Shown here piece by piece: positions 9,587 to 17,840 of a stretch of DNA of 64,000 nucleotides. Where the stretch lies: the NCBI GenBank assembly GCA_963827275.1, contig CAWHAA010000005.1, positions 736,001 to 800,000 of the forward strand, in the 5' to 3' direction. The stretch is from an uncultured Spirochaetota bacterium. Its GTDB lineage: Bacteria; Spirochaetota; UBA4802; UBA5550. The notes below the pieces were generated by a model that had not been told where the DNA came from, did no database searches, and saw nothing but the letters and a program-made list of their open reading frames with translations. Position numbers and translations under genes: made by a program. Position 1 is the first letter of the stretch, and every line of letters starts with the position of its first letter.

Positions 9587-10444
9587 ATGATACGAAAACT
9601 CTGGAATGTAATCGGCGATATCAGGCTCTCCTTCTGGCTGCTCCTTGCCGCAGCGGCCCTGTTTTTCACCGGGTCCTTATATACATCACTCGATTTTTCC
9701 TATTTCAAAGCGATGAACGAGCTCAGGATACAGGACTGGCTGTCCCGGGAATTGCCGGCCCGTCCCGGCGCCAACTGGTGGCTGGTCCCGCTTTTTGCCG
9801 TTCTGTTCCTCCTCGGGGTGAATACCGTCATCTGTACGCTGAATCGCGTCATCGCGCTCTTTTCAGCACGCACGAAAACCGACTACCGGTTCGTACTAGC
9901 GCTCCTCCCCTCGGTGGTCCACCTCCTCTTCATCACGGTCATGCTCGGTCACGCGGTGACCATAACGATGGGGTCCTGGAACAGGCTCCCCCTGGCCGAA
10001 GGGGCCGTGCTGCAGATCGACCCGTCAGTCCCTCCCCTGACCGTGGGCACAATCAAGGACGAATTCTTCCAGGAAGGATCATTCCTCGCGAACAGGATCA
10101 GGCAGACCACGGTCCCGCTTGCCGGCGCCGGCGACGAGATACGGCTCTCCTACCTCGATTCCATCAAATATCATGGATACCGACTCCACCTCGACATGGT
10201 GAAGAAAAAAACCCCCGGCAATCATGAAAACCGGCACGCGCAGATGGCCGACAGCAAGGAGACCTGCAACAGGTCGGAAACATTCCGGTCGGGTAAGCGA
10301 ACGCGGGAGCCGGCGCAGGAGCTTTACCTCCTTGCCATTGCAGACCCGGGCCTCCCGGTAATCCTTGCCTCATTTTCGCTCATTCTTGTCATAATGACCT
10401 GGTATTTCATAGAATCAATGCGGCGTCGCGACCGGGAAGCATGA
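9587..10444 (+). CDS. ResB/CcsB-like membrane protein, short
   Basis: N-terminal TMs, WWLVPLF..NTVICTLNR, VVHLLFITVMLG (conserved His), and ADPGLPV before the last TM. Confidence 0.75.
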   Translation: MIRKLWNVIGDIRLSFWLLLAAAALFFTGSLYTSLDFSYFKAMNELRIQDWLSRELPARPGANWWLVPLFAVLFLLGVNTVICTLNRVIALFSARTKTDYRFVLALLPSVVHLLFITVMLGHAVTITMGSWNRLPLAEGAVLQIDPSVPPLTVGTIKDEFFQEGSFLANRIRQTTVPLAGAGDEIRLSYLDSIKYHGYRLHLDMVKKKTPGNHENRHAQMADSKETCNRSETFRSGKRTREPAQELYLLAIADPGLPVILASFSLILVIMTWYFIESMRRRDREA

Positions 10445-10540
10445 GCAGGGATACGGTTTTATCATGGCGCATTTTATGAGTTGAAAAAAATACTCGTTGT
10501 TTGTATATTTGTTACATCTCTAAATTAAGGAGGTGCGGCA

Positions 10541-10750
10541 ATGAAAATCAGCGCCCGTAACGTGATCAAGGGAACGATAACAAAGATCGTCCAGGGCTCG
10601 GTGAACAACGAGGTATACATCGGGCTCCCGGGCGGGAACGAGATCGTTTCCATAATAACAAAGACTTCGGCGAAAACGCTCGGCCTCAAGAAAGGCAAGC
10701 AGGTGTACGCGGTCGTCAAGGCCTCGAACGTGATGATCGCGGTTGACTGA
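10541..10750 (+). CDS. mop: Molybdate/tungstate-binding Mop protein (single TOBE domain)
   Basis: MKISARNVIKGTI...SIITKTSAKTLGL..G..VYAVVKASNVMI, the classic molbindin signature. RBS AAGGAGG. Confidence 0.93.
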   Translation: MKISARNVIKGTITKIVQGSVNNEVYIGLPGGNEIVSIITKTSAKTLGLKKGKQVYAVVKASNVMIAVD

Positions 10751-10752
10751 CC

Positions 10753-11658
10753 ATGCCTGAAGAATTCATGAGCACCAAAGAAGTGGCGGAGTACCTGGGG
10801 ATAAACGAGAAGCAGGTCTATGCCCTCATCAAGGCCGGGAAAATGCCCTGCACCAGGGTCACCGGGAAATGGGTGTTCCCGAAAAACATCATCGACGAAT
10901 GGATCAACAAGAACGCCAGGGGCAGCCTCAAGCCGGTCGCGACAAGCGATCGTGACCCGGGCCGCATCCTGGCGGCGGGGAGCAACGACCCGGTCCTTGA
11001 CCTCCTGATAAGCCAGAATTATGACAATGTCAATATCTTCTCCTGCAATACGGGGAGCACCGAGGGCCTCCGCCTCCTGTCCGAATCCAGGGCCGATATC
11101 GCCTGGTGCCATCTTTTTGACCCCGAAACAGGGACATACAACATACCCTACATCGAGTCGCACTTCGCGGACCGGAAGGTCGCGATGGTCCACCTGTTTT
11201 ACCGGGAGATCGGGCTCCTTGTCGCGCCCGACCATGTAAAAAGAATAAAGAAGCTCCAGGATATTTCGTCCGGTATACGGTTCATCAACCGCCAGAAGGG
11301 ATCGGGCATCCGGCTGTTCCTGGATTACCACCTGAAAAAAGCCGGCATCGATCCCGCGTCGATCACCGGGTATGATAGCGAGGTGTACACCCACTTCGAG
11401 ATAGGGCTGTCAATCCTTGCCGGCAAGGCGGACGCGGGGATTTCCTCCGTGGCGATCTCAAAGCTCATGGGGATCCCCTTTGTGCCCCTGGCCAGGGAGA
11501 GCTTCGACATGGTGCTCGGCAAGGACACCTTCTTCGAGAAGGGGATCCAGGCCTTCATCGAGACACTCCAGTCGAAAAAATTCAGGAAGACCGTGGAGCC
11601 GCTCGGCGATTACAGCTTTTCAGATTCGGGGAAAATACTCTATTCAACGGCGGGGTGA
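10753..11658 (+). CDS. Excisionase-type HTH (HTH_17) plus PBP-like molybdate/tungstate-sensing transcriptional regulator (TaoR-like)
   Basis: MSTKEVAEYLGINEKQVYALI..G.MP..RVTGKWVF, then AGSNDP, GSTEGL, FINRQKGSGIR, YTH..I...G.ADAG. Confidence 0.88.
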   Translation: MPEEFMSTKEVAEYLGINEKQVYALIKAGKMPCTRVTGKWVFPKNIIDEWINKNARGSLKPVATSDRDPGRILAAGSNDPVLDLLISQNYDNVNIFSCNTGSTEGLRLLSESRADIAWCHLFDPETGTYNIPYIESHFADRKVAMVHLFYREIGLLVAPDHVKRIKKLQDISSGIRFINRQKGSGIRLFLDYHLKKAGIDPASITGYDSEVYTHFEIGLSILAGKADAGISSVAISKLMGIPFVPLARESFDMVLGKDTFFEKGIQAFIETLQSKKFRKTVEPLGDYSFSDSGKILYSTAG

Positions 11659-12752
11659 CCGGCCCCCTGCCTGGCGGAAAAGCCTGAAATGTAGCTTACA
11701 ATCTCACCGATATTCATGACCATGTCCGCCGCGCCGATTTTTATCGCTTCCCGCGGCATGCCGAAGACGACCGATGACGCCTCGTCCTGGGCCACCGTTT
11801 TCGATCCGGCCTCCTTCATCTCGAAAAGGCCGGCCGCGCCGTCCGAGCCCATCCCCGTCAACAGGACGCCGACCGCATTGCGCCCCGCGACCTGCGCCAC
11901 GGAACGGAAGAGCACGTCCACGGACGGCCGGTGGCGATTGACCGGCAGGCCGTCATTGATCTCCACGTAGTAGCCCCTCGCATCAGACCTGAGGAGCATG
12001 TGCCTGTTCCCGGGGGCGATGAGCGCCATGCCGGCGTAGAGCCGGTCGCCGTTCTCCGCCTCCTTCACCGCCGGCCGGGCGAACCCGTTGATCCGGTCCG
12101 CGAAGGCCCTGGTGAATTTTTCCGGCATGTGCTGCACGATAACGATGCCGGGGACATCCTCGGGCAGCCCCTTGAAAATTTCCGCGATCGCCTCGGTCCC
12201 CCCCGTGGACGCCCCCATGGCGATGACCGTGCCGCCCTGCCGCGCCGGGGGCGCCGGCTTCCTTTTGGGGAGTATGACTTCGGCGGAATATTTCTTCAGC
12301 GTATCGGCGGGGGCCCCGGTGATACGGCCGGCGGCGGGCAGGCCCCGCGGCCTCGCCTGGCTTGCCGCTATCACCTTTTCGACCAGCTCGGCGGAAAAAT
12401 CGACCTTCGCGTCATCGCTGCTGATGGCCGGCTTCAGGATAAAATCAACGGCGCCCAGCTCCAGGGCCTTCATGGTGATGCGCGCGCCCGTCTCGGTGAA
12501 GGAACTCACCATGATGACGGGCAGCGGGCGGGCGATCATGAGTTTCGAGAGGAACGTCAGGCCGTCCATGCGCGGCATCTCGAAATCCAGCGTTATGACG
12601 TCAGGGCTGTACTTCTTGATCTTTGTCACGGCGATAATGGGATCGAGCGCGGTCGCGATGACCTCGATCCGCCCCGAGCGAGAGAGCGCTTCCGTAAGGA
12701 ATTTCCGGGCGACCGCCGAATCGTCAATGACCAGGACCTTTATTTTTTTCAT
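11640..12752 (-). CDS. cheB: Chemotaxis methylesterase CheB
   Basis: REC domain plus GASTGG, VQHMP, HRPSVDVLF, LTGMGSDG. Confidence 0.96.
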   Translation of the reverse strand: MKKIKVLVIDDSAVARKFLTEALSRSGRIEVIATALDPIIAVTKIKKYSPDVITLDFEMPRMDGLTFLSKLMIARPLPVIMVSSFTETGARITMKALELGAVDFILKPAISSDDAKVDFSAELVEKVIAASQARPRGLPAAGRITGAPADTLKKYSAEVILPKRKPAPPARQGGTVIAMGASTGGTEAIAEIFKGLPEDVPGIVIVQHMPEKFTRAFADRINGFARPAVKEAENGDRLYAGMALIAPGNRHMLLRSDARGYYVEINDGLPVNRHRPSVDVLFRSVAQVAGRNAVGVLLTGMGSDGAAGLFEMKEAGSKTVAQDEASSVVFGMPREAIKIGAADMVMNIGEIVSYISGFSARQGAGHPAVE

Positions 12753-12783
12753 GCCCCGATCCTGGCCCCCGGCGCTTTCACGG

Positions 12784-13302
12784 TCACCGGCCTCTTTCCC
12801 GGCTCTCGCCGCGGCGGATATACTTCATGAACACCTTCCCGGTTTTTACGTCCATCAGGATCTTGCGGGCGGTGTCTCCTCCCACCTTCATTTCAACAAT
12901 CGGGATGTCTTCCATCTCGATCAGGGCCCGCGCGAGGCGCACGTTGTCCATCGGGATAGTGCTGGAATCGAGGGCGGTGTATATGACGTGACCGCCCCCG
13001 AAGATCTTGGCCACCAGGTCCCTGCGGACAGCGCCCCGCCGCTCCATCATCCCCAGCAGATCGGTTATCGCGCTGACGCCATACCGGGCCGACCCCGCGC
13101 TGAAAAGATCGTTCTTCACCATCCTTCCCGGGAGCATGAAATGGTTCATTCCCGAAATGCGGCGTACCGGGTCGTGCAGGCACACCGCCACGCATGACCC
13201 GAGCAGGGTGCCTATCATCTCGTCCTGGTCGGAAACGTGGTACTCGCCCGGCTGGATGATCGTGATATGCTTGTCAAATTGCCTTCTGTGCGGTATGTGC
13301 AT
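12784..13302 (-). CDS. cheD: Chemoreceptor glutamine deamidase CheD
   Basis: IQPGEY, TLLGSCVAVCLHD, GMNHFMLP, RYG, AKIFGG. Confidence 0.93.
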   Translation of the reverse strand: MHIPHRRQFDKHITIIQPGEYHVSDQDEMIGTLLGSCVAVCLHDPVRRISGMNHFMLPGRMVKNDLFSAGSARYGVSAITDLLGMMERRGAVRRDLVAKIFGGGHVIYTALDSSTIPMDNVRLARALIEMEDIPIVEMKVGGDTARKILMDVKTGKVFMKYIRRGESRERGR

Positions 13303-13303
13303 G

Positions 13304-14152
13304 CTATACGACCTTCCTGTAAATCGTGTTGCCGATAAAGCTGAACCTGTTGGTCAGTCCGGTAAGCGTCTCGGAATGGCCCATGATCAGGTACCCGTCA
13401 TCGTTCAGGAACCTTTCAAACTTTTCGAACAGCTTCTTCCTCGACGCCGTATCAAAATAGATTATGACATTTCTGCAGAATATAATATCAAACGTTCTTT
13501 TCATCGGGTAGCAATCATCGAGAAGGTTCAGCCTGCCGAACGTTATCAGGCCGCGCACCGCTTCCGTCACCTTGAACAATCCCGCATTATCGCCGCGTCC
13601 CCTCTTGAAATACCTCCTCACGATATCGATATCCACGTTCTCCAGTTCCGCCGCGCCGAAGACGCCCGCTTCCGCCTTGCGCAGCACCTGGGTGTCGATA
13701 TCGGTCGCGAGGATCCTGACATCGGGAAACATCCTGTCCCGGAAATATTCGCGGATGCTGATCGCGATGGTATAGGGCTCCGCGCCGTTCGAGCAGCCGG
13801 CGCTCCAGATCCTGAGGGCCTTCCTGCCGGCGCGCTCGAATTCGGGCAGCGCGGTCTCCTTCATGAAGTCAAAATGCCTCGGCTCCCTGAAAAAATCGGT
13901 CTTGTTGGTGGTGATGCAGTTGATGAGATTCACTATCTCCGCATCGTAGTTGTCGGCCAGATAGCCGCAGTATGATTCATAATCGGGGATCTTGAGCTCC
14001 CGGAGCCGCTTCATGACCCGGGACTGCACAAGGGCCTTTTTCATATCGGTAAGATTGATCCCGCTCTCTTTATAGACGACCTCGCGGATGAGATTGAACT
14101 CACCGTCATTGAGCGCCCTGATTCCGGATATGGCGATCACCGCACACCTCAA
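13304..14152 (-). CDS. cheR: Chemotaxis methyltransferase CheR
   Basis: TTNKTDFFREPRHF, IWSAGCSNGAEPY, IFCRNVIIYFD, GHSE. Confidence 0.96.
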   Translation of the reverse strand: MRCAVIAISGIRALNDGEFNLIREVVYKESGINLTDMKKALVQSRVMKRLRELKIPDYESYCGYLADNYDAEIVNLINCITTNKTDFFREPRHFDFMKETALPEFERAGRKALRIWSAGCSNGAEPYTIAISIREYFRDRMFPDVRILATDIDTQVLRKAEAGVFGAAELENVDIDIVRRYFKRGRGDNAGLFKVTEAVRGLITFGRLNLLDDCYPMKRTFDIIFCRNVIIYFDTASRKKLFEKFERFLNDDGYLIMGHSETLTGLTNRFSFIGNTIYRKVV

Positions 14153-14736
14153 TCAAACAGTATTACCCTGCCGTACTTCTCTTTGCTCGTGAACATGTAG
14201 GCGATATACTCGTTCTCAAGCTTCATGAACTCAGAATGATCATGGTTGTTATTCAGGAACTTTCTGTACGAGACCCCGGTCTGGGGGCAAAAGAAAATTT
14301 TTCTCCGCTGGTTGCCGCCCAGGTCCTCCCGGTGAACCTCGATTTTTTCGTAGCCGAAATATTCATGCAGGAACCGTATATTGCCGCCCGAGGTCGCGCC
14401 CATTGACCCGTTGTTGCCGAACACTCCCGCCCCATACAGGATCGCGCGCAGCGACTTCCTCGTGCTGCCCTGCTTCACCATCTCCCCCATGAGCTGCTCC
14501 ATGCAGGCGATGCCCTGCTTGGCCACCTCGTCGGCGACGATCCCCTCCGTGCCCATCGCCCCGGGAAGGATGAAGTGCCCCATCCCGCCGATGTTCCTGA
14601 TCCTGTCATGCAGGCACACCACCACGCAGGAGCCGGTAACGGTCGCAAGGAGGCTCGGGCCCGACGTTGCGAAATAATCTCCCGGGTAAAGGAGGTACAG
14701 GGTTTTCCCGAACCTGTTTGATTCGCTCCGTATCAT
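14149..14736 (-). CDS. cheD: Second, divergent CheD-family protein
   Basis: LYPGDY, TVTGSCVVVCLHD, GMGHFILP, EDLGG..RRKI. Confidence 0.85.
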   Translation of the reverse strand: MIRSESNRFGKTLYLLYPGDYFATSGPSLLATVTGSCVVVCLHDRIRNIGGMGHFILPGAMGTEGIVADEVAKQGIACMEQLMGEMVKQGSTRKSLRAILYGAGVFGNNGSMGATSGGNIRFLHEYFGYEKIEVHREDLGGNQRRKIFFCPQTGVSYRKFLNNNHDHSEFMKLENEYIAYMFTSKEKYGRVILFD

Positions 14737-14739
14737 GCG

Positions 14740-15252
14740 CTATTCCGTTTCGTCCTGTTCCATCGTCTTCATCTCATCGGCGGAAAATATCTCATCGATG
14801 TCGAGGAGAATGACGAGCTTTTCGTTGATCTGCCCGATCCCGGCGATAAATTGCGTGTCTATCTTCGCGGTAAAATGGGGCGTGTCGTGGATGCCGGCCT
14901 CCGGTATCCCCACAACGTCGGACACGGAATCAACGATCATTCCCACCAGCATCTTTTTTATCTCAACGATTATGATGACCGTAAACATGTCATACTGCCG
15001 CTCCTCCATGTGAAAGCGCTTCCGCATATCGACAACGGGCACGACCGATCCGCGCAGGTTGATGACGCCCTTCATGAAATCGGGGCTGTTTGGCACAAAT
15101 ACGATCCCGGTCATGCCGATAATTTCCTGGACCTTCAGCACTTCGACCCCGTAATTCTCTTCGGCAATTACAAAGGTCACGAACTGCCTGTCGGCCTGGA
15201 GGAGGCCTTCTTTCTTTCTCTCGGTTGTATCATTCAGCGCCATGGTATTCAT
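14740..15252 (-). CDS. cheW: Chemotaxis coupling protein CheW
   Basis: YGVEVLKVQEII, KGVINLRGSVVPVVD, GMIVDSVSDV. Confidence 0.95.
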   Translation of the reverse strand: MNTMALNDTTERKKEGLLQADRQFVTFVIAEENYGVEVLKVQEIIGMTGIVFVPNSPDFMKGVINLRGSVVPVVDMRKRFHMEERQYDMFTVIIIVEIKKMLVGMIVDSVSDVVGIPEAGIHDTPHFTAKIDTQFIAGIGQINEKLVILLDIDEIFSADEMKTMEQDETE

Positions 15253-15330
15253 TATCTTCTTCCTCCTTGGTTCATTAATCAGTTAACATATGACATCAGC
15301 TCTAACCGGCCTTTACCGCGGGCGGTCACC

Positions 15331-15702
15331 CTAGCGGATCAACCGCTGGACGACCTTTACCATGTCCTGGTTGCTGAACGGTTTGACGATCCACCCCGAA
15401 GCGCCCGCATCCTTCCCGGCCCGTATCTTCTGTTCCTCGCTCTCCGTCGTCAGCACAAGGACCGGCGTGAACTTGTCGGTCTTGCGAAATTCGCCGATGA
15501 AGGTTATCCCGTCCATCACCGGCATGTTCACATCGACAATGCAGAGCGCCACGTCGTCCCCCTTGCCCTTGATGCCCTTTATCTTTTCAAGGGCATCCGA
15601 TCCGTTCTCCGCATTGTCCATGGGATAGCCCAGGCCCATCAGGGCGTATTCAACGCTCGTCCGTATGGTTGGGGAATCGTCTATTATCATTATATGCTTC
15701 AT
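15331..15702 (-). CDS. cheY: CheY-like single-domain response regulator
   Basis: IIDDS, DVNMPVMDG, LTTES, GASGWIVKPF. Confidence 0.9.
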   Translation of the reverse strand: MKHIMIIDDSPTIRTSVEYALMGLGYPMDNAENGSDALEKIKGIKGKGDDVALCIVDVNMPVMDGITFIGEFRKTDKFTPVLVLTTESEEQKIRAGKDAGASGWIVKPFSNQDMVKVVQRLIR

Positions 15703-15789
15703 ACACCCTACCTCATCTGAATACTATGCTGCCACTGACAGCGTTTAACAAAACCCGCACCCGCTTCGCGGGGGTACGCGCCGCCGCAT

Positions 15790-16050
15790 CTACCCGCCCT
15801 GTTGAATTCCCGCGTACGCCAGGAGCCGCGCCGTCGCCTCGTTCATGTTTCTGATCATGCAGTTCCCGCCTTTACGGGCGCACTCGCGCCGCAACGCGAG
15901 CAGCACCTGCACGACCGAACAATCGACCCGGTTTGCTTTTGAAAAATCAACGATGCAATCGGCTCCCGCCTCGACCGTCAACAGGGCGGTTTCATGCAGC
16001 CTCCTTGACATCTTGACCCCGACATCACCGACAAGCTTGATTGTTTTCAT
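15790..16050 (-). CDS. STAS-domain protein
   Basis: 86 aa, VDFSKANRVDCSVVQVLL pattern; typical position in che operons. Confidence 0.8.
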   Translation of the reverse strand: MKTIKLVGDVGVKMSRRLHETALLTVEAGADCIVDFSKANRVDCSVVQVLLALRRECARKGGNCMIRNMNEATARLLAYAGIQQGG

Positions 16051-16074
16051 GCTCCGCCCTCGCCTTCGCCTCTA

Positions 16075-17814
16075 TTAAAATATTATAACACTGTCTTTCG
16101 ACTTTTCCGAGCCCAGGTCCCTGCACAGCTCCGTCAGCAATGATTCCGCCCCGGGGCTGGCCGGCGATTCCCGGAGCCGCTGCAGCTCGGCCGTCGCATC
16201 AAACGCGGAATCGCCGTATTCGATTTCGTTATATGCATGGACAGCCGCGATGATGTCGCGGAGCGACTCCCCCGCCTCATGCAGCCCGATGGTATTGCAG
16301 TTCTCATTGTTGAACAAAAGCACCTTCTGGCAGCTGCGCCCTATCTCGTTTGAAATGTCCCAGTAATATTTCTGCGACTCGTACAGCTTGACCGAAACCT
16401 TTTTCATTGAGCTGATGCAGCCGGCCAGCACCTCCTCCTGAAGCTTGAAGTTCCCCGCGTACTGCGCGACCGCCCCCTCCATGTTTTTCCTGATGCCCTG
16501 GTACATGGAGATCGATTCCTCAAGCACGCGCTTCATTGTGTCGGGGAGGGTCATGACGGAAGTCAGGGCCCCGCCCAGCTTCCGCGACAGCACCGTATGG
16601 CGCGCCAGCTCGATCCTGGTTATCATGTTCAGCGCCTCGAAGCGGCGGATGATGTCCGAAATGGCGTTAAAGAGCATTTCAAATTCATTCAGGACGTCTA
16701 TGATAGACCCGGAGAGGCCCAGGAGCTTTCTCTTGCTTGTGATGATCTCTTCCATGTATCCTATATACTCGTCCTTCATCTCCTCAATCCGCTGATACAC
16801 CGCGTCCATCCTGTCCTGTTGATCTTCATCAGCCATTTCACCGCCCGGATTAATGCGTGCCTGGATCTCGTTGAGGAGGCCGGACAGGCGGTCGCAGCAT
16901 CCGCGGATCTCCTGATCCTGCGCCGCAACATCGCCAAGGAGGTCCGCGAGCTGTTCCGTGATGACATACATGATCGCGGGACCATAGTCATCCGATGCAT
17001 TCCGGCGCCCGTCATCCGCTTCAGCATCGCGCTCCTCAAGGTAAAACAGTATCCTTTCCATCTTCTGGCGGATAACGTCCTCCATCTGGATGTTGTTGAC
17101 GAAGCTCTTCATCGACGTTTCAAGCTCACTTGAGCTTGCGAGTATCCCGTTCACCTGTTCCGAAACCCTATGCAGCTCGCCTATCATATCATTGAATTTT
17201 ACCGAAATATTCAGCTTCATTTTTGTCAGATAGTTTTCGCCTATCACATCGATCCTGTCGCGGACGGCGTTGAACTCCTCCCGTGAAGCGTCCAGCTTCC
17301 CGAGATATTCGCTGAACCTGGCGCCGATCCCGTTCACCACCCGGGCCATCGCGCCCATCTCGCTGGAAATGCGCGCGAGGGCCTTCCCCTCGTCTCCGTA
17401 CTTCGTCGATATGATCAGCATGTTCTCGGAATAGATATCGATCTCGTCGATGAGGCCGAGGATCATGTCCACGCTCTTCTTGAGGCCGAGCACCTCCTCG
17501 ATCGCGGACGAGACGTCGCTGTTGACAACATCGTCGCCCGCCATTATCGACACGGCCCGGTTGATGGCGGAGTCAAGGTCCTTCCTGCTCGGCTCCACGA
17601 CATCGCCGATGAAACTCTCGCCGGAGGCGTTGTTGTCCGCGGGATAGAAATACCTCGCGTAGGGCGTTATCATCATCCTGAAATCGCCCATGTGACGCGT
17701 CGTTGTTACGATAAAGCTTCCCATGTCCTCGTAAATTTTCGACACCTTCCCCTTCAGATCGCCGAGGGTCTGTCTGACATCGGAAAGCCTTATTTCTGCC
17801 GTCACTCCCGCCAT
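16075..17814 (-). CDS. Soluble coiled-coil protein with two degenerate chemoreceptor-like segments
   Basis: 579 aa, no TM. ENMLIISTKYGDEGKALARISSEM and ALNMITRIELAR resemble the MCP hairpin tip; also IQMEDVIRQKMERI. Confidence 0.65.
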   Translation of the reverse strand: MAGVTAEIRLSDVRQTLGDLKGKVSKIYEDMGSFIVTTTRHMGDFRMMITPYARYFYPADNNASGESFIGDVVEPSRKDLDSAINRAVSIMAGDDVVNSDVSSAIEEVLGLKKSVDMILGLIDEIDIYSENMLIISTKYGDEGKALARISSEMGAMARVVNGIGARFSEYLGKLDASREEFNAVRDRIDVIGENYLTKMKLNISVKFNDMIGELHRVSEQVNGILASSSELETSMKSFVNNIQMEDVIRQKMERILFYLEERDAEADDGRRNASDDYGPAIMYVITEQLADLLGDVAAQDQEIRGCCDRLSGLLNEIQARINPGGEMADEDQQDRMDAVYQRIEEMKDEYIGYMEEIITSKRKLLGLSGSIIDVLNEFEMLFNAISDIIRRFEALNMITRIELARHTVLSRKLGGALTSVMTLPDTMKRVLEESISMYQGIRKNMEGAVAQYAGNFKLQEEVLAGCISSMKKVSVKLYESQKYYWDISNEIGRSCQKVLLFNNENCNTIGLHEAGESLRDIIAAVHAYNEIEYGDSAFDATAELQRLRESPASPGAESLLTELCRDLGSEKSKDSVIIF

Positions 17815-17840
17815 GGATGCTTACCCTTTCTTCACCATCA

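Noticed and set aside
10753..10930. Prophage/ICE excisionase
   Set aside because: The Xis-like HTH is fused to a PBP sensor domain next to mop, and no integrase or phage genes are present; it is a regulator.
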